Shown piece after piece: positions 26,501 to 38,570 of a stretch of DNA of 64,000 nucleotides. The notes beneath the pieces are model-generated. The model saw nothing but the letters and a program-made list of their open reading frames with translations. It did no database searches and was not told where the DNA came from. This stretch comes from Paraspadella gotoi (taxonomy: Eukaryota > Animalia > Chaetognatha), in assembly GCA_051294375.1 (NCBI GenBank), contig CM119264.1:5087174-5151173 (forward strand), given 5' to 3'. The position numbers and the translations under genes were made by a program. Each line of letters begins with the position of its first letter. The stretch's first letter is position 1.

Positions 26501-29500
26501 GCTTCTAAGAACAGTGGAACATTGAGAATTGCGTAATATCATATATCTCTGATAACTAATTGAATAAAAACTTGAAATTAAAAGTAAGATTCATAACAAT
26601 ATAAATGTAAAAGTATTATAATGAAAGTGAATGTATTCACAAGACAGATGAGCAAAGGGTTAGTGGTGGAACTGTAATTCTGTAATAAGCAGATGAATGG
26701 GTCGAGTAGATATCTGCGTCGAACACCCGCTACTATCAAAATATAAATAATATCTGTATATGAGTCTTGACGGCAATGGCGTGTGATGCTGTGGCTTCCT
26801 AAATAAAATGCGTGCTGCATCTAAAGCGTCTAACCTTTCGTGGGTGTATGCTGGTAAGGGTTAAAAATGTTAAAAGGAGGAGGGAAGTGGATTGATCAAC
26901 ACAATGCTAGGTACAGACTGTTTTCGTTATAATTATTTGTTGTAAGCATAGAGAAATATTTACAAGAGGTCTGGAAGTGCTTGGCCCAATGGAAGCTAAA
27001 CAATTCACTTACTAATACACTGTGCGATCTAATGGAGCGTGTACACGTGACTTTGATCAAACATGAGTAGTCTTAATACTCGCATGACCATTGTGTTTTG
27101 CAAGGATAATTGAATTGAATCTCATGGAGGATAGCCTGAGACAGATATTTAACCAGAACACAAGGTTCTATGACTACATAATTGAAGATCCTCTTAAGAA
27201 AGGTTCTCGTGAAACGAGAGAATTGAAGTAGAAGAGAAGCGAAATGAGGAAAGACAAAAATAAAACCAGCAAGAGCGAAAGAGATAACAAATGACCCAGG
27301 AGAGATAGTCCAACGAACCAGAAACATAAGGGGCGGGGAGGATGCCGTGCTCTCCATGCTGCATCCTCTCTGACTCCCATCTACCTCTCTCTGCGTCTGC
27401 ATCACTCTTCCCTCTCTCTCTGACTCCCTGCTGCTCCTCGTCTCTTCATAACTCTCTCTCATTAACGGTGCTCTCTCTCCTCCTCCTGCACGAGGAAATT
27501 CGCTATGAGGCCCCCTCCCCCGCAACGGCGTTCTTACTCGCAAACAGGCTCGCTCGGCTTCCTCTTGGTTCGGCAACGAATACGGTGCTCTATTCCGATA
27601 CTCGCTCGTGTCGGTGAGAAGATGAGATTCTGATCAGCTATGACTCGATCGCTCGGCAGGAGTGCCAATCCAGAAGACCGCTTCCGCTCCGCATTAGAAC
27701 CAGCATCCTCCTCGCTCGCCACCACAGAGCTGGTGAGGCGGGCTCATCGGCACCCCCCACTTTATCTCACGCCCCCCTTCTATCCAGTTTTGGGGGGGCG
27801 GCTTCTTCTTAGTCTCCTTTATAGAAGCCTTGCTCAAGCCGAGACAACCCGTCGCCCCACCTATCCGTGCTTCCGTGGCGTATTGCCTCGCGACCTAATT
27901 GGCTTCCAAATGCTAGGCGTTACATTATCCGTGGTAGAACCGGGCGGCGGATCGTCCGACGCTGAATCGCGTCCGAGGGAGGGAGTTGCTGAAAGAAGGA
28001 ATCGCCTCAGTTGGGTTGTTTGCCAGCTTTGGACTTGGCATGAAAGAAAAATGATAGGCTGATTCTGCCTAAAAGTGAGCCGTAGTATATAAGGATAGGC
28101 GTCACTGAATACGAAGATCGCCACGTGCAGAACGTGGTGGATAGGAGGAAGAACCATTTCGTGTGTATTTTGATGAGTTGTGTGGAATATATGGCTCAGA
28201 GTTAGCGATATGTGTTCTCGATAATGACAACTAGGGCGGACACTGGCACTCAGGAAGCGGATTGGCGTAGCCGCATCCTCAAGAGTGATCGGTCGGGATA
28301 TAGAGAGACGGTCAGAGTATACACACGCTTTAGCTCAGTTCGGAGACAGTGCGGCCTTTGGCGGCGGCGGAGCTGATCTGGGGAAGGCGGCCGAGGTACA
28401 TGCGTCCAAAGCGGAGGGATATTAGGCACTCCTCTTGAAAGAAAATACACCTCTGTGCAATCGTCGGGACACAATATAATATCGGTCGTCATAATATAAT
28501 GGATGCTCTAGTAACCACCTCCAAAGTGACTATTTTTTTTAATATTTGATTGTGCGTAGTAAGATTATGGAAGAACACGCGCAAAATATATAGGGTGTGT
28601 TATCTAAGAGAATTTTCAGAATCTTTTAAGCACCAGAATATCACATAGGTGGCTGGCAATAGTAAAGGAAGCTCTATGCTGCCGGGGACTACACAACAGG
28701 CAGGCGAGTATACAGAGTCTGCTCCCTTAAATATTGTTACGCAGGCTCCAGCACGCTCGTATGCAGAATACAAGGACAAAACGGTATTAAAATCATTCAC
28801 TCATCATCATTCTTCTGATAATTTTATCTAATTTTTTTACTATATTTCTAACTTAAGAAAGACGTTAAAATTTTTTAAAAGCTTGTAATTTATATTCTTG
28901 TTTTAACTTTTTATGCTCTATAGAGAATCTATCAAAAAATTTAAGATTAAAAAAAACTTTGTACTTGTCATATATAATATAATATTTCATTTTACTATAA
29001 GCGAATATAAAGCTCAAGATCAACTTAGAAGCGGTTTTTGACAAAAATATACCATTTAACCATAATGCTAGGTCGGATCGCGCTTGAGATAGAGAAATTA
29101 TGATTTTAACCCGCGCCCGCCGTATACGCGGATTAGCATTTAAAATGCATACTGCTGCAATCGACGCGCGGTACATGAGTGCTCCAATGACCAATAAATT
29201 TGACGTGTCCTATATGCATTCTTCCTCACACGCAATATTGAAGTTCATATGCGAACCCGCGATATCGATAAATAAATAAAGAGCAAAATAATCACACAGG
29301 TCACACAAAGAGTAGTTACGTAATTTGAAGCTGACATGACAAGAAGCGACTTAGTGGTGAGAAAGGCAACAACGCTTGTTGATCTGCATAAGCTTACGTC
29401 TCTCTACCAAAGGGCTTAAAATACAACAAAAAAAATATACTTAAATTCGGAAGCCTTTTCATTGATCTCACAACGGCAATATGAATTCAAAATTGCGTAG

Positions 29501-31065
29501 GAACGATGTCTCCGCTGTCTCCCCTCTTCCCGCGTCACACTTTGCAGTAATGTCATCGCGCCAAAGAGGTGGACAGACGGGTTTTCCCAAAACATCTTTC
29601 AGGACAGAGAGAGATCTCGTTTTTGGTGGGCTGGCTCTTTTTGATGGCAAAAGACGAGGTAGAGCCTCTCTCAGGGCTATCAGGTGAGCTCTCGTCGCGC
29701 TGTATAGAACTCATTCGCGGCGGGTCTGCTTGTAGCAACGAGCAAAAAACCTTTGGTTCATCGTGCCCGTGCTCTCCAGTTGCACACAGAATTATTAATG
29801 GTGGAGGGTAGAGAGACTCAGTGTATCGCCGTTTAGATGCCACTTTCTTTTGGGAGGCGCGGGGCGGAATAATATTTTAATGCTATCTTATGAGGCGTTT
29901 GGGCCTTCGGAAGCACGCCATCGACGGAGCCACTCCAGGCCGGCGCGTTAAAACTTTTCGTCTAGGAGTGGGTGCGAGAAATGATAACTAGATAAAGCAG
30001 GAGGCAACTCCCTCACGGACTGAGGTCCTCATTAAAAACAAGCGAGGGCGAACGGAGAAACGACCGCTACACAAGGGCGAGGACTAAAAAAAAACCGCGT
30101 CAAAATGTCAATGCGACACAGTGACATCCAGAGCGACGGCCTGTGTCTGTATATGGGTCTGCTAGACACTCGCGGCGCCATTAAACATCTCTAGAAAATG
30201 TCGCAAGAGAAGTTAATCTGAGCCACGAATTACGAATTATTAGGAGCGCGATGGACGGGTCTCGTCTTGGTCGGCGTCGCGATACCCATTAAGAACAGAC
30301 ATAATACCGGAATGCAAGAATGGGTGTAGGAGTGCGCAAGAGGAAGATATTTCTCGAGCTTTATCGCCTTTATTAATTAAATAGGATAGAAGCACTGCTT
30401 CGCGCCTTATATAGTCGAAAATGTGATCGTGGCCTGAAGTCTCTCTGCCTGTGATTTGTAATCCGGTCTTAAGTACAAGGAGGTTCACGGCCTCGCATCG
30501 GACGGTTTTGAAGCCAAGTAGTTGCGGATTTCTAAACCCTTCCGCCTTTCACTTGCTCTCTCTCTCTCTGCTGCGTCTATACTTCTTTGCTCTCTGGCCT
30601 CTCTGTGCTGTTGCGTGCCGCTCCTGCGTCTCTGTGCGCGTCCTGTTCGTCGATGGGCCGTGGCTCTCCTCTCCTCATAGCGTGACGAGCACTAATTCGC
30701 TTCGTCTCACTGTCGGCTCTATCGATCCCGTGTTAGGGTTCACGTTCTGTNNNNNNNNNNNNNNNNNNNNNNNNNTCACCTCTCCTCAACTACTCTCTCT
30801 CTTTCTCAGTCGCTCACCCGCATCAAAGATAAAAATCAGCAGTGAAAAGAGACGAGGGGTCAAAATATCAGAGGCCAGTGAGTCGCCTGTGAAAGGTCAG
30901 AAGTGAGAGGTTGGCCGGTCGCCTGTAAAAGGCATTCGGAATTTTCGCCCGCAAAATTCTAAGACTGACTCGCGTTTGGAAAGCAACGACGACAACAACA
31001 ACAACATTAGTTCCTCAATCGCTCGAGCGAATCGATATCGAGTTGTCATGTCATATCTTGCTTTT

Positions 31066-31099
<34 letters not shown>

Positions 31100-32084
31100 A
31101 TCTCCCCTCTCTCTCCTCTCTACTCTCTCTCTCTACTCTCTTCTGCTCTGCCCACTTAAATTCTATCATTCTTATCAGCCCGCATCCTCGATCCCCTTTT
31201 ATATACGATGTCCGTCCATCCTGTCCGTTCAACCGGAACACGTTTCACCCAGATTTTTCCCTCTTTTTCTCTGATTTATGTTTTCGGTCATAATTTTCGA
31301 GGGAAGTGGACGTCTTGGAAATCGCATGGTTGCTAGTAGTGGACGCTTTGTTTGTGGCCTTCCATCGCTGTTCTCTTTTTAGTTGAGCCGCGAGTGATAG
31401 AGAGCAACACTACGTATTAGTCAATTACTTGTGTAATATTGGTTTATTTTAATTAATAATCTGCAGATAANNNNNNNNNNGGCAAATCGAGTTAATACGG
31501 CGAAACAGCTTGGAATTAAAGTTTTTTTTTGCTTCTAAGTATTCCTTACTTTTGAACTTATTTTTTCTTTTTTTTTCTCCGCCCTTTTCACGGCTTTTAT
31601 TTCTCTTTTCGCTATCCATGTCCTACATTTCCCCGTTATTTCCTTTTTTTCCTTTTATCTTCAGTCCGCTCCCTCATTATTAACTTACCTTTATACCTAA
31701 TTACCCATTCCTCTTCCCCACGCCTTCCCCACAACTTCGCCCTACCTGCCAACGCAAATTCCGCCCACGATCTAATTTATTGAAAACCTCGACGTCGTCA
31801 ATATTACCTCGAAGACGAATTTCTCGGAAATCGCAAAGCGAAGGAAACGAAGCGAAGATGAGCTGAAGGAGCCCGAGTTCTTGCAAGAAGCATTTATTTC
31901 TCAAGAACGTTAATTGTTTGGAAGGATGTATTATTCAAGTGTTATATTTTTACAAAAGATATTGGTGACAGTAGCCAGACAGCTTTTTGTATTTCGACTT
32001 GTTGATTTCATTGTTGTCAGTATAAAAAGTAAACAATTATTGCTTATTATACCTAAAGAAAAACGATCGACAACAACATTGTAA

Positions 32085-32280
32085 AACAAGAACGGTAATT
32101 CAAATGTGTTGCGCCGCAGTGACTGCATTATCACGTGTATTTCTCGTGACATGACATGAGATGACATGACTACAACGTAAGTGGGACAGTCCGAGGTACA
32201 GACATACCGACCGACAGACCGACCGAAAAGTGACTTATAGTGTTGCTCCGCGAGTACTATCGGCGCAACGAAAAACAACT
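32085..32280 (-). mobile_element. short HINE-like element (family C)
   Basis: Minus strand: TTTTTCGTTGCGCCG...GCAACACTATAAG, then a GTCG/GTCY tract, then CGGCGCAAC subterminal repeat and CTTGTT end. Same architecture as family B with different subTIRs. Confidence 0.55.
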
Positions 32281-33159
32281 TTCGCTCGCTACTGATGGAA
32301 TAGAGAGAATTGTGGTTTTGAGTTTAAGTCTGGAAAGTCGTTGATCCGAAATGGAATTTATTCATAGTTTTTCTTCTTTTTTGTCACACAAAAATTGTAT
32401 ATGTGAAATAGAAATATCGAATTCGTTTAAGAAAAAAAATTGCCGTTAGCCAAGTTTCGGAGCAGGAAAAGAATTGGTAAGTTAGGGTAGAAAGAAAGGG
32501 CGACGTCGGGATGCTGAAGACGCGGTTGGGTTGTGCGATTCAGAGGAGGAGAAATATTCATTTGGGTTTTCAAGAAATTTATATTTTACATGAAGATATC
32601 ATTTTTTAAAGCATATACAGCGGAATTTTAAGAATAATTTCTCTACGTAGTAAATATATTGAGAAATATTGACCAAAACTGACAACAAAAAAAACTTTAG
32701 TAAGACACAAATATTGAAAAACCCTTGCATGCGATATTATTACAAATTCTCTTTTCTAATTTTATCAAACTTTCTCAACCTTTTCGCATCCTCTCCCATT
32801 TTTCTTGCCATTTTTGTAACCCTCTTTTAAAAACTGCTATGTCTTCTAAACATTCAAAATTTTCCTCCTTTCATTCCTCACATGTGCTTCCATTCATTAG
32901 TTTCTCCCCGAGCAGTCTCGGCGTAACTGTAAAAATCATTTCTTGATCAGTCGGTCTGTATGCCTGTCTGTCTTTTTGTCTGCCTTTCTGTAAAATCATA
33001 TGTTAGTTATTTCATTTAATACTAAACAGAGAAGTAATCAATTATTCAATCATAAGATGCTTCAGGTACATATGTTTTATACTTGTATAGTTATGTGATC
33101 ATCTGGAAATGCATCCAAAAAGTTAATGAGGCGCAACACCTTGAACCTGCAGGTTTTTG

Positions 33160-33725
33160 TTTTTTAGCCGGATCTGCTTAGTGCTTACAGCAGATTCCGG
33201 CTCTATAATTCATTTTGTCGGTCCGTCGGTCCGCTCCCAAAATCTTGTCAGAACATCGAATTATGATAAATTATGCAAAATATGTCTGTCTGTCTCTCTA
33301 TCTGTCTGTCTGTCCGTCCGTCTGCCCCACCTTAGCAAAAAACACTAATTACTCGTGATTTACAGGATGGATTGGAATAAAATTTTGTGTGTGGGTAGGA
33401 AAGTGTGTGATTGAGCAGGAAAAAAAGTTTAGATGGAATCGTTCAAGTGGAAATGACAATCAATCTATTTCACTATTTGATTATGCTTTTTTTATTTTTA
33501 TATGAAATGTAAATTCAAGCTGCATTAATCAATTTTTAATAAATAAGTAAATAATTAATTATTTGTAATTAATTAATTAATTAATTAATTTTGTGATCGA
33601 GATTGTTGTTTTGTGATTGAGAGGAGAGACAAAGTGGAAAACTATTTTGACACGAATAAAAAAATTAATATTAATTATCTGATCAGCTCCTTACCGCTAA
33701 TGATCGTAGGCAGATCCGGCTTTAT
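33160..33725 (+). mobile_element. DINE-1/HINE-like element (family B)
   Basis: TTTTAGCCGGATCTGC..GCAGATTCCGGCTCTATAATT 5' hairpin, (GTCY)n at 33284-33325, central repeat, 3' ATCGTAGGCAGATCCGGC. Confidence 0.75.
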
Positions 33726-33998
33726 TTGTCCTTTCTTTTTATATATTACCGTTTAGTCATTTGTGCTATTTTATATGAAAAACTATAAACAGTTCTAAAA
33801 AATGTTTGAAACTTTCATTACCTTTGTTTCAACATTTTTTCTTTCTTTTCTTTTCCTCCCTCTACCATCCTCGACCTCGGCAGCCANNNNNNNNNNNNNN
33901 NNNNNNNNNNNGATAAAATTTGGTATTAGGTACGATCCCGCCACAGTAATAATAATAACAATTATTATATAATTAATAATAATGATATATAATAATAA

Positions 33999-34038
<40 letters not shown>

Positions 34039-35589
34039 TAATAATAACAAATCGAGAGAAGATGATTCTTGGAAGATCGAGAGCTTAGAAGAGAAAACCA
34101 ATTGGAAAGGCGTGCCTTCGCACTGAGATGTAGAAAGTCACTGGATGGTCGCGATATGGGCGAAAAAAAAAAGAAAGAAGAAAGAAAGAAAGAACATAAA
34201 GAAAGATATGAAGAAACAAATAAAGAAAGAAAAAAGAAAGAAAGAAAGAAAGAAATGAAAAAAAAACAGTAACCGTAGCAATGATAAGATTTATTAGACA
34301 TGAGGACTCGCAGAAAGAAAGTTGAGAAAGAAAGAAATGGTAAAAAAAGAAAGAGAAAGTAGGAACAGTATAAAGGACAAAAAACAAAAACAAGAAGGGA
34401 AAGGAACAACAGATCTTGAAAGAACAGGAAAGAAGCAATACGTGAAAGGAGAAAAAGAAAGGGAAAATAAGTAAAAAAGAAAAAAGAAGAAGCGCAAGAC
34501 CATATAAAAGAGAGAAAGAAAGAGAATAGCAGAAAGAAGAGAATATATAGCAAAAATAGAAAAGAGAGATCGAAAGCAATAAAGAAAAAAAAAGGAAAGT
34601 AACAAGAAAAAAGAGCGAGGAAGAGAGAATGAGAGAGAGAGAGAGAAGAGAGAGAGAGAAGAATGTGTCCTTATCTCTGCGTTCGGAGAGATCCCTTTAT
34701 TAATGGGCTGGTCGCCTGTAGGGAGAGAAGTGATGTGCGCGAGTAGGAGGGAGGGAGCAATAACTTGGTGATGTTGGCGGAAATTGGGGAAGGTTCTGAG
34801 GGAACATTATATTTTAATTTGCAGGGACACGGAGAAGAGAGATTCTTAGAGAAAGAGGAATAGCAACAGCTAGAAAGCAATACGCAACTCCCCAACAGAT
34901 TTGTCCTCGTGGTCATGGTGATCTGGGACCGAGCGAGGCAACGCTACTCCGCGGTCTCAGGTCACGTTCACACCCAGACTCACGCCCAATTGGAGCGAGA
35001 CGTCATCGGGAAGGATTCTTAGAGAGAAGGGGGGGCAACAGACCGGATTCTATAAATATTGATCAGGGTCGCGACGGACAGGGTTGAAATGAAGTCGGTC
35101 CCACGTTGCGCCTGGCTCGCGGCCTTTGGAAGAAAAAACTGCCAAAGCTGAACTCATTATAATATAAAAGTCTGACAAAACAATGTCGGATCTGCGGCCT
35201 TACGATAATAAGCTCGGTTAATTAAATCTAATCCGGATGATAAATCACGTAGATTATCTCGGTGGCGACGCGCAAAGCTGAGGGAATAAGGACTGAGAAG
35301 AGGGAATCCGAGAAAAAATGAGTGGATGAAAATGGAGGAAAGCGGAGGAGTAATTATGCTGACGTGAACCTATGAATAGGAGAAATAGTAACAGAATATA
35401 AAGAGGAATAGTAAGAGTGAACTAATAGAACATGAAAAGTGTGGTGAAGATTAAACTGGAGGGGCTTAATCATAACAGAGTAGAGAATGGAGAAGTAAAA
35501 CTTAAACTCTTAAAAAAAATTATGTATGAGGAAAGAAAGAAAAGAGATCTATGTGTAAATATCGAATAATCATCTGTGAATCAAGTGAA

Positions 35590-36460
35590 TCTCTTCGGAA
35601 GTACTTTGGCTGCGAGGTCGAATACTAGTGGTAGAGGCTCAGTGAAAAGAAAAGAAAGAAAGGCAAATGTTGAAACAAATGGTAAATTAACCAACTGTGA
35701 AACATTAAAATCAATGCTAATGTTCAAACATGGTTTTTTAGAACTGTGTTTATAAATTAGTTTTTCTATATAATGAATAGCACAAATGAACCTAAACGGC
35801 GTAATATATAAAAAAGTATAATGAATACAGATAGAATCACGGATCTGTCCTTATACGATCATAAGCGAGATAGGAATGCTGATCAGATATAATAATTTAT
35901 TGTGCTTTATATCGTGTATCAATAATATATCAAGGTAGTTTGGCTCCACTTTGTCTCTCTCTCAATTCACAAAAAAACAATCTCGATCACAAAATTTAAA
36001 TTAATTAATTAATTAATTACAAATTAATTAATTATTTACTTTATTTATTAAAAATTAATTAATTGCAGCTTGAATTTACATTTCATATATTTAAAAATAA
36101 AATAAGCATAATCAAATAGTGAAATAGATTGATTGTCATTCCACATCTGGAACGATTCCATCTAAACTTCTCTGCTCAATTCACACACTTTCCTAACCCT
36201 TACACACAAAATTTTATTCCAATTCCATCCTGTAAATTCACGAGTGAATTAGTGTTCTAAGGTGGGCAGTACGGACGGACATGACAGACTAATTTATTCT
36301 TATGACCTTGGAAACATTAATTATCATAATCGTTGGATAGTTCTGACAATCAAGACTTTTTGGATGGACCGATAATTTGGTCAATCAACGGCACCTCGAA
36401 GGGGCTCCACACAGAATGAGAATATGATTAGAGCGGAATCTGCTGTAAGAACTAAGCGAA
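35590..36460 (-). repeat. noisy inverted copy of 33160-33886 (HINE plus unique flank)
   Basis: For example GGCTGCGAGGTCGA..TGGTAGAGG at 35609 is the reverse complement of CCTCTACCA..TCGACCTCGGCAGCC at 33859; many single-base indels. Confidence 0.7.
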
Positions 36461-38570
36461 TAACGACGACGATACAAAACAAAAGGGAAACATGCTATGT
36501 GTAAAAATTCTCTCAAAAGGTGTTTTGTAATGGTCTTTTGGTTTTCTTAATTTAAACTTTTTGAATCCTACGATTCCATCAAAAAAATTATATCCAAAGC
36601 TTAACCACATTACTTCCTGTACCCACACACAAAATTCATTTTTCAATTTATCTATTTCCAATTTTTTATCCATCAATATAATAATTATGAGGTAAAAATA
36701 CTTCAATATATGAAAATATTTGACTTAATTTTTTTTTCAATTTAAACTCATTTTCCATCCCGCACGATTTCATCAAAAACTTTATTCCAGCCATAATTAG
36801 ATTGTTCTGACGTGATTAAGTGGACGCGCTGGCCTGCCATTAAACTTTTGGATGCATCCAGGATCCAATAAGATTTAGGGGGAACGCGAGTGCGGGACTG
36901 AACAAAGTTTGGATTATAATTAGAGTCGAGTCTGCTTATAAGCAGATCAATCTTAATAGATTTTTCTATGGCTAAATAACTAATAAAAATACAAACTGAG
37001 GTGTATAACATTATGAAGACATCTTGAATCCAGAAGATTCTTGGGATGTATTAAAGTAGAGCATGACCAATATATTCTAAATTTTTTTAGCTTCCTTTGC
37101 GTTACACACTCTTTACGAAATTTGGTCAGCATACGTAACAGAAGATGAAGCCACTCTTATGCACGTAACACAATTTGGGCAATTAGATCACAAAGGATTA
37201 GTAAGCAGCGGAATTACCTGATTTCTACCAAGTTTAGATATACTGGCCATAGACCAGAGATCGTGTAAGAAGCCCGTCATGGTACGAGGATAACATATGA
37301 TTTTACAGATATTAAAGAGAAAAATTTATGCATTTATTACGCTAAAAGTACAGACAGGGTTGAAATATTTGTTATTCAAACAGTTCATGAACTTACGTAT
37401 TTCTAACTTATCCTTTAACTTATTTTTAACAAACCGTTCAATGAATTTTTCAATTCATATGGTACAAAATGATAAGGGGTATTCACTCGTTAAATTTCCT
37501 ATATCTTTGTATAGTGTCAGTCCATGACAAATAATATGATTTTACAGTCTACTATGACCTGATGAGAGGTTTCTCTTGACCGAATCTCTTCGCATTCCCA
37601 CAAATGTCTGTATCACTCCAAAGAGAGATTCATCATAAATTTCGATTGGAACGACTGATGAAGATGTTTCTGATTTTCGCTTCAGTAATAAACTATATTG
37701 GGTAGTTGGCCTATGCGTTTGTAAAGTGCGAGTAAATCGAGATTTACCTGGCATGGGATTTAAGGGGGTAGCAATAAACTTGTTATAAAAACAAATGTAG
37801 TTAAAATTTCCAAAAAATAGGATCAGTATAACAGACCTCTTATACTAAACAAAATTTACATGATAAGGCACGAAAAATGAAAAATCAGTTTTGAAAGAAC
37901 TTATTTATTAAAAGGAGAAAGGATCTAGAAAAAAGAAATTGCAGACATTTTAAATTTATAAGAAAGGAAATTAACATATCACTCAGGTGAAAAATAAGAA
38001 AGGAGGAAATCAGGATATAAAGAAAGAGGAATCAGGTATAAAGATTAAGTTAGCAAATCAGGATAAAGAACCGCCAGTAGACAAGGAATTCTCTTCAGCG
38101 CGAAACAACTTCAACCTTTATTTCTCTGACTCTCTCTCTGTCTCTCTGTCTCTCTCCTTCCTTTCTCTCTTTCTCTCGCTTTCGCTAACTCTGACAAAAA
38201 GACAAGAAGCAAAGACAAGATTTCCATGGAAAACATTTGCCCTTTGGCAAAATAGAATAAATTCTCCTGAGTTGAATTTGTTTGCTAAAGAATAATAACG
38301 ATAAAAAAAATAATAATGATAATATTATTAATAATATAAATGATATTAATAATAATAATATTGATATTAATGATATTGAAAACATTAATAATTTGGGAAT
38401 AATTTGCTGAAAAAATAACGAAACCACCAAACTTTATGTTTTCTTTGAAGAATGCCTAAAATTTATCCAATTTCATTTAACAAAAGAGAAGTGAAAATAG
38501 TAATAGAAAAACAAAAATTTTAATACATTCTGTTTTCATTTTCATACTATTTCCCCCTTTTCACCCAAAG

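Noticed and set aside
33795-34605. Long hydrophobic ORFs (252, 164 and 103 aa)
   Set aside because: Translations of (AAT)n and GAAA low-complexity tracts; one crosses an N gap.
37559-37590. Hammerhead at CTGATGAGAGGT..ACCGAAT
   Set aside because: No GAAA, wrong spacing and none of the pLTR context seen at the other copies.
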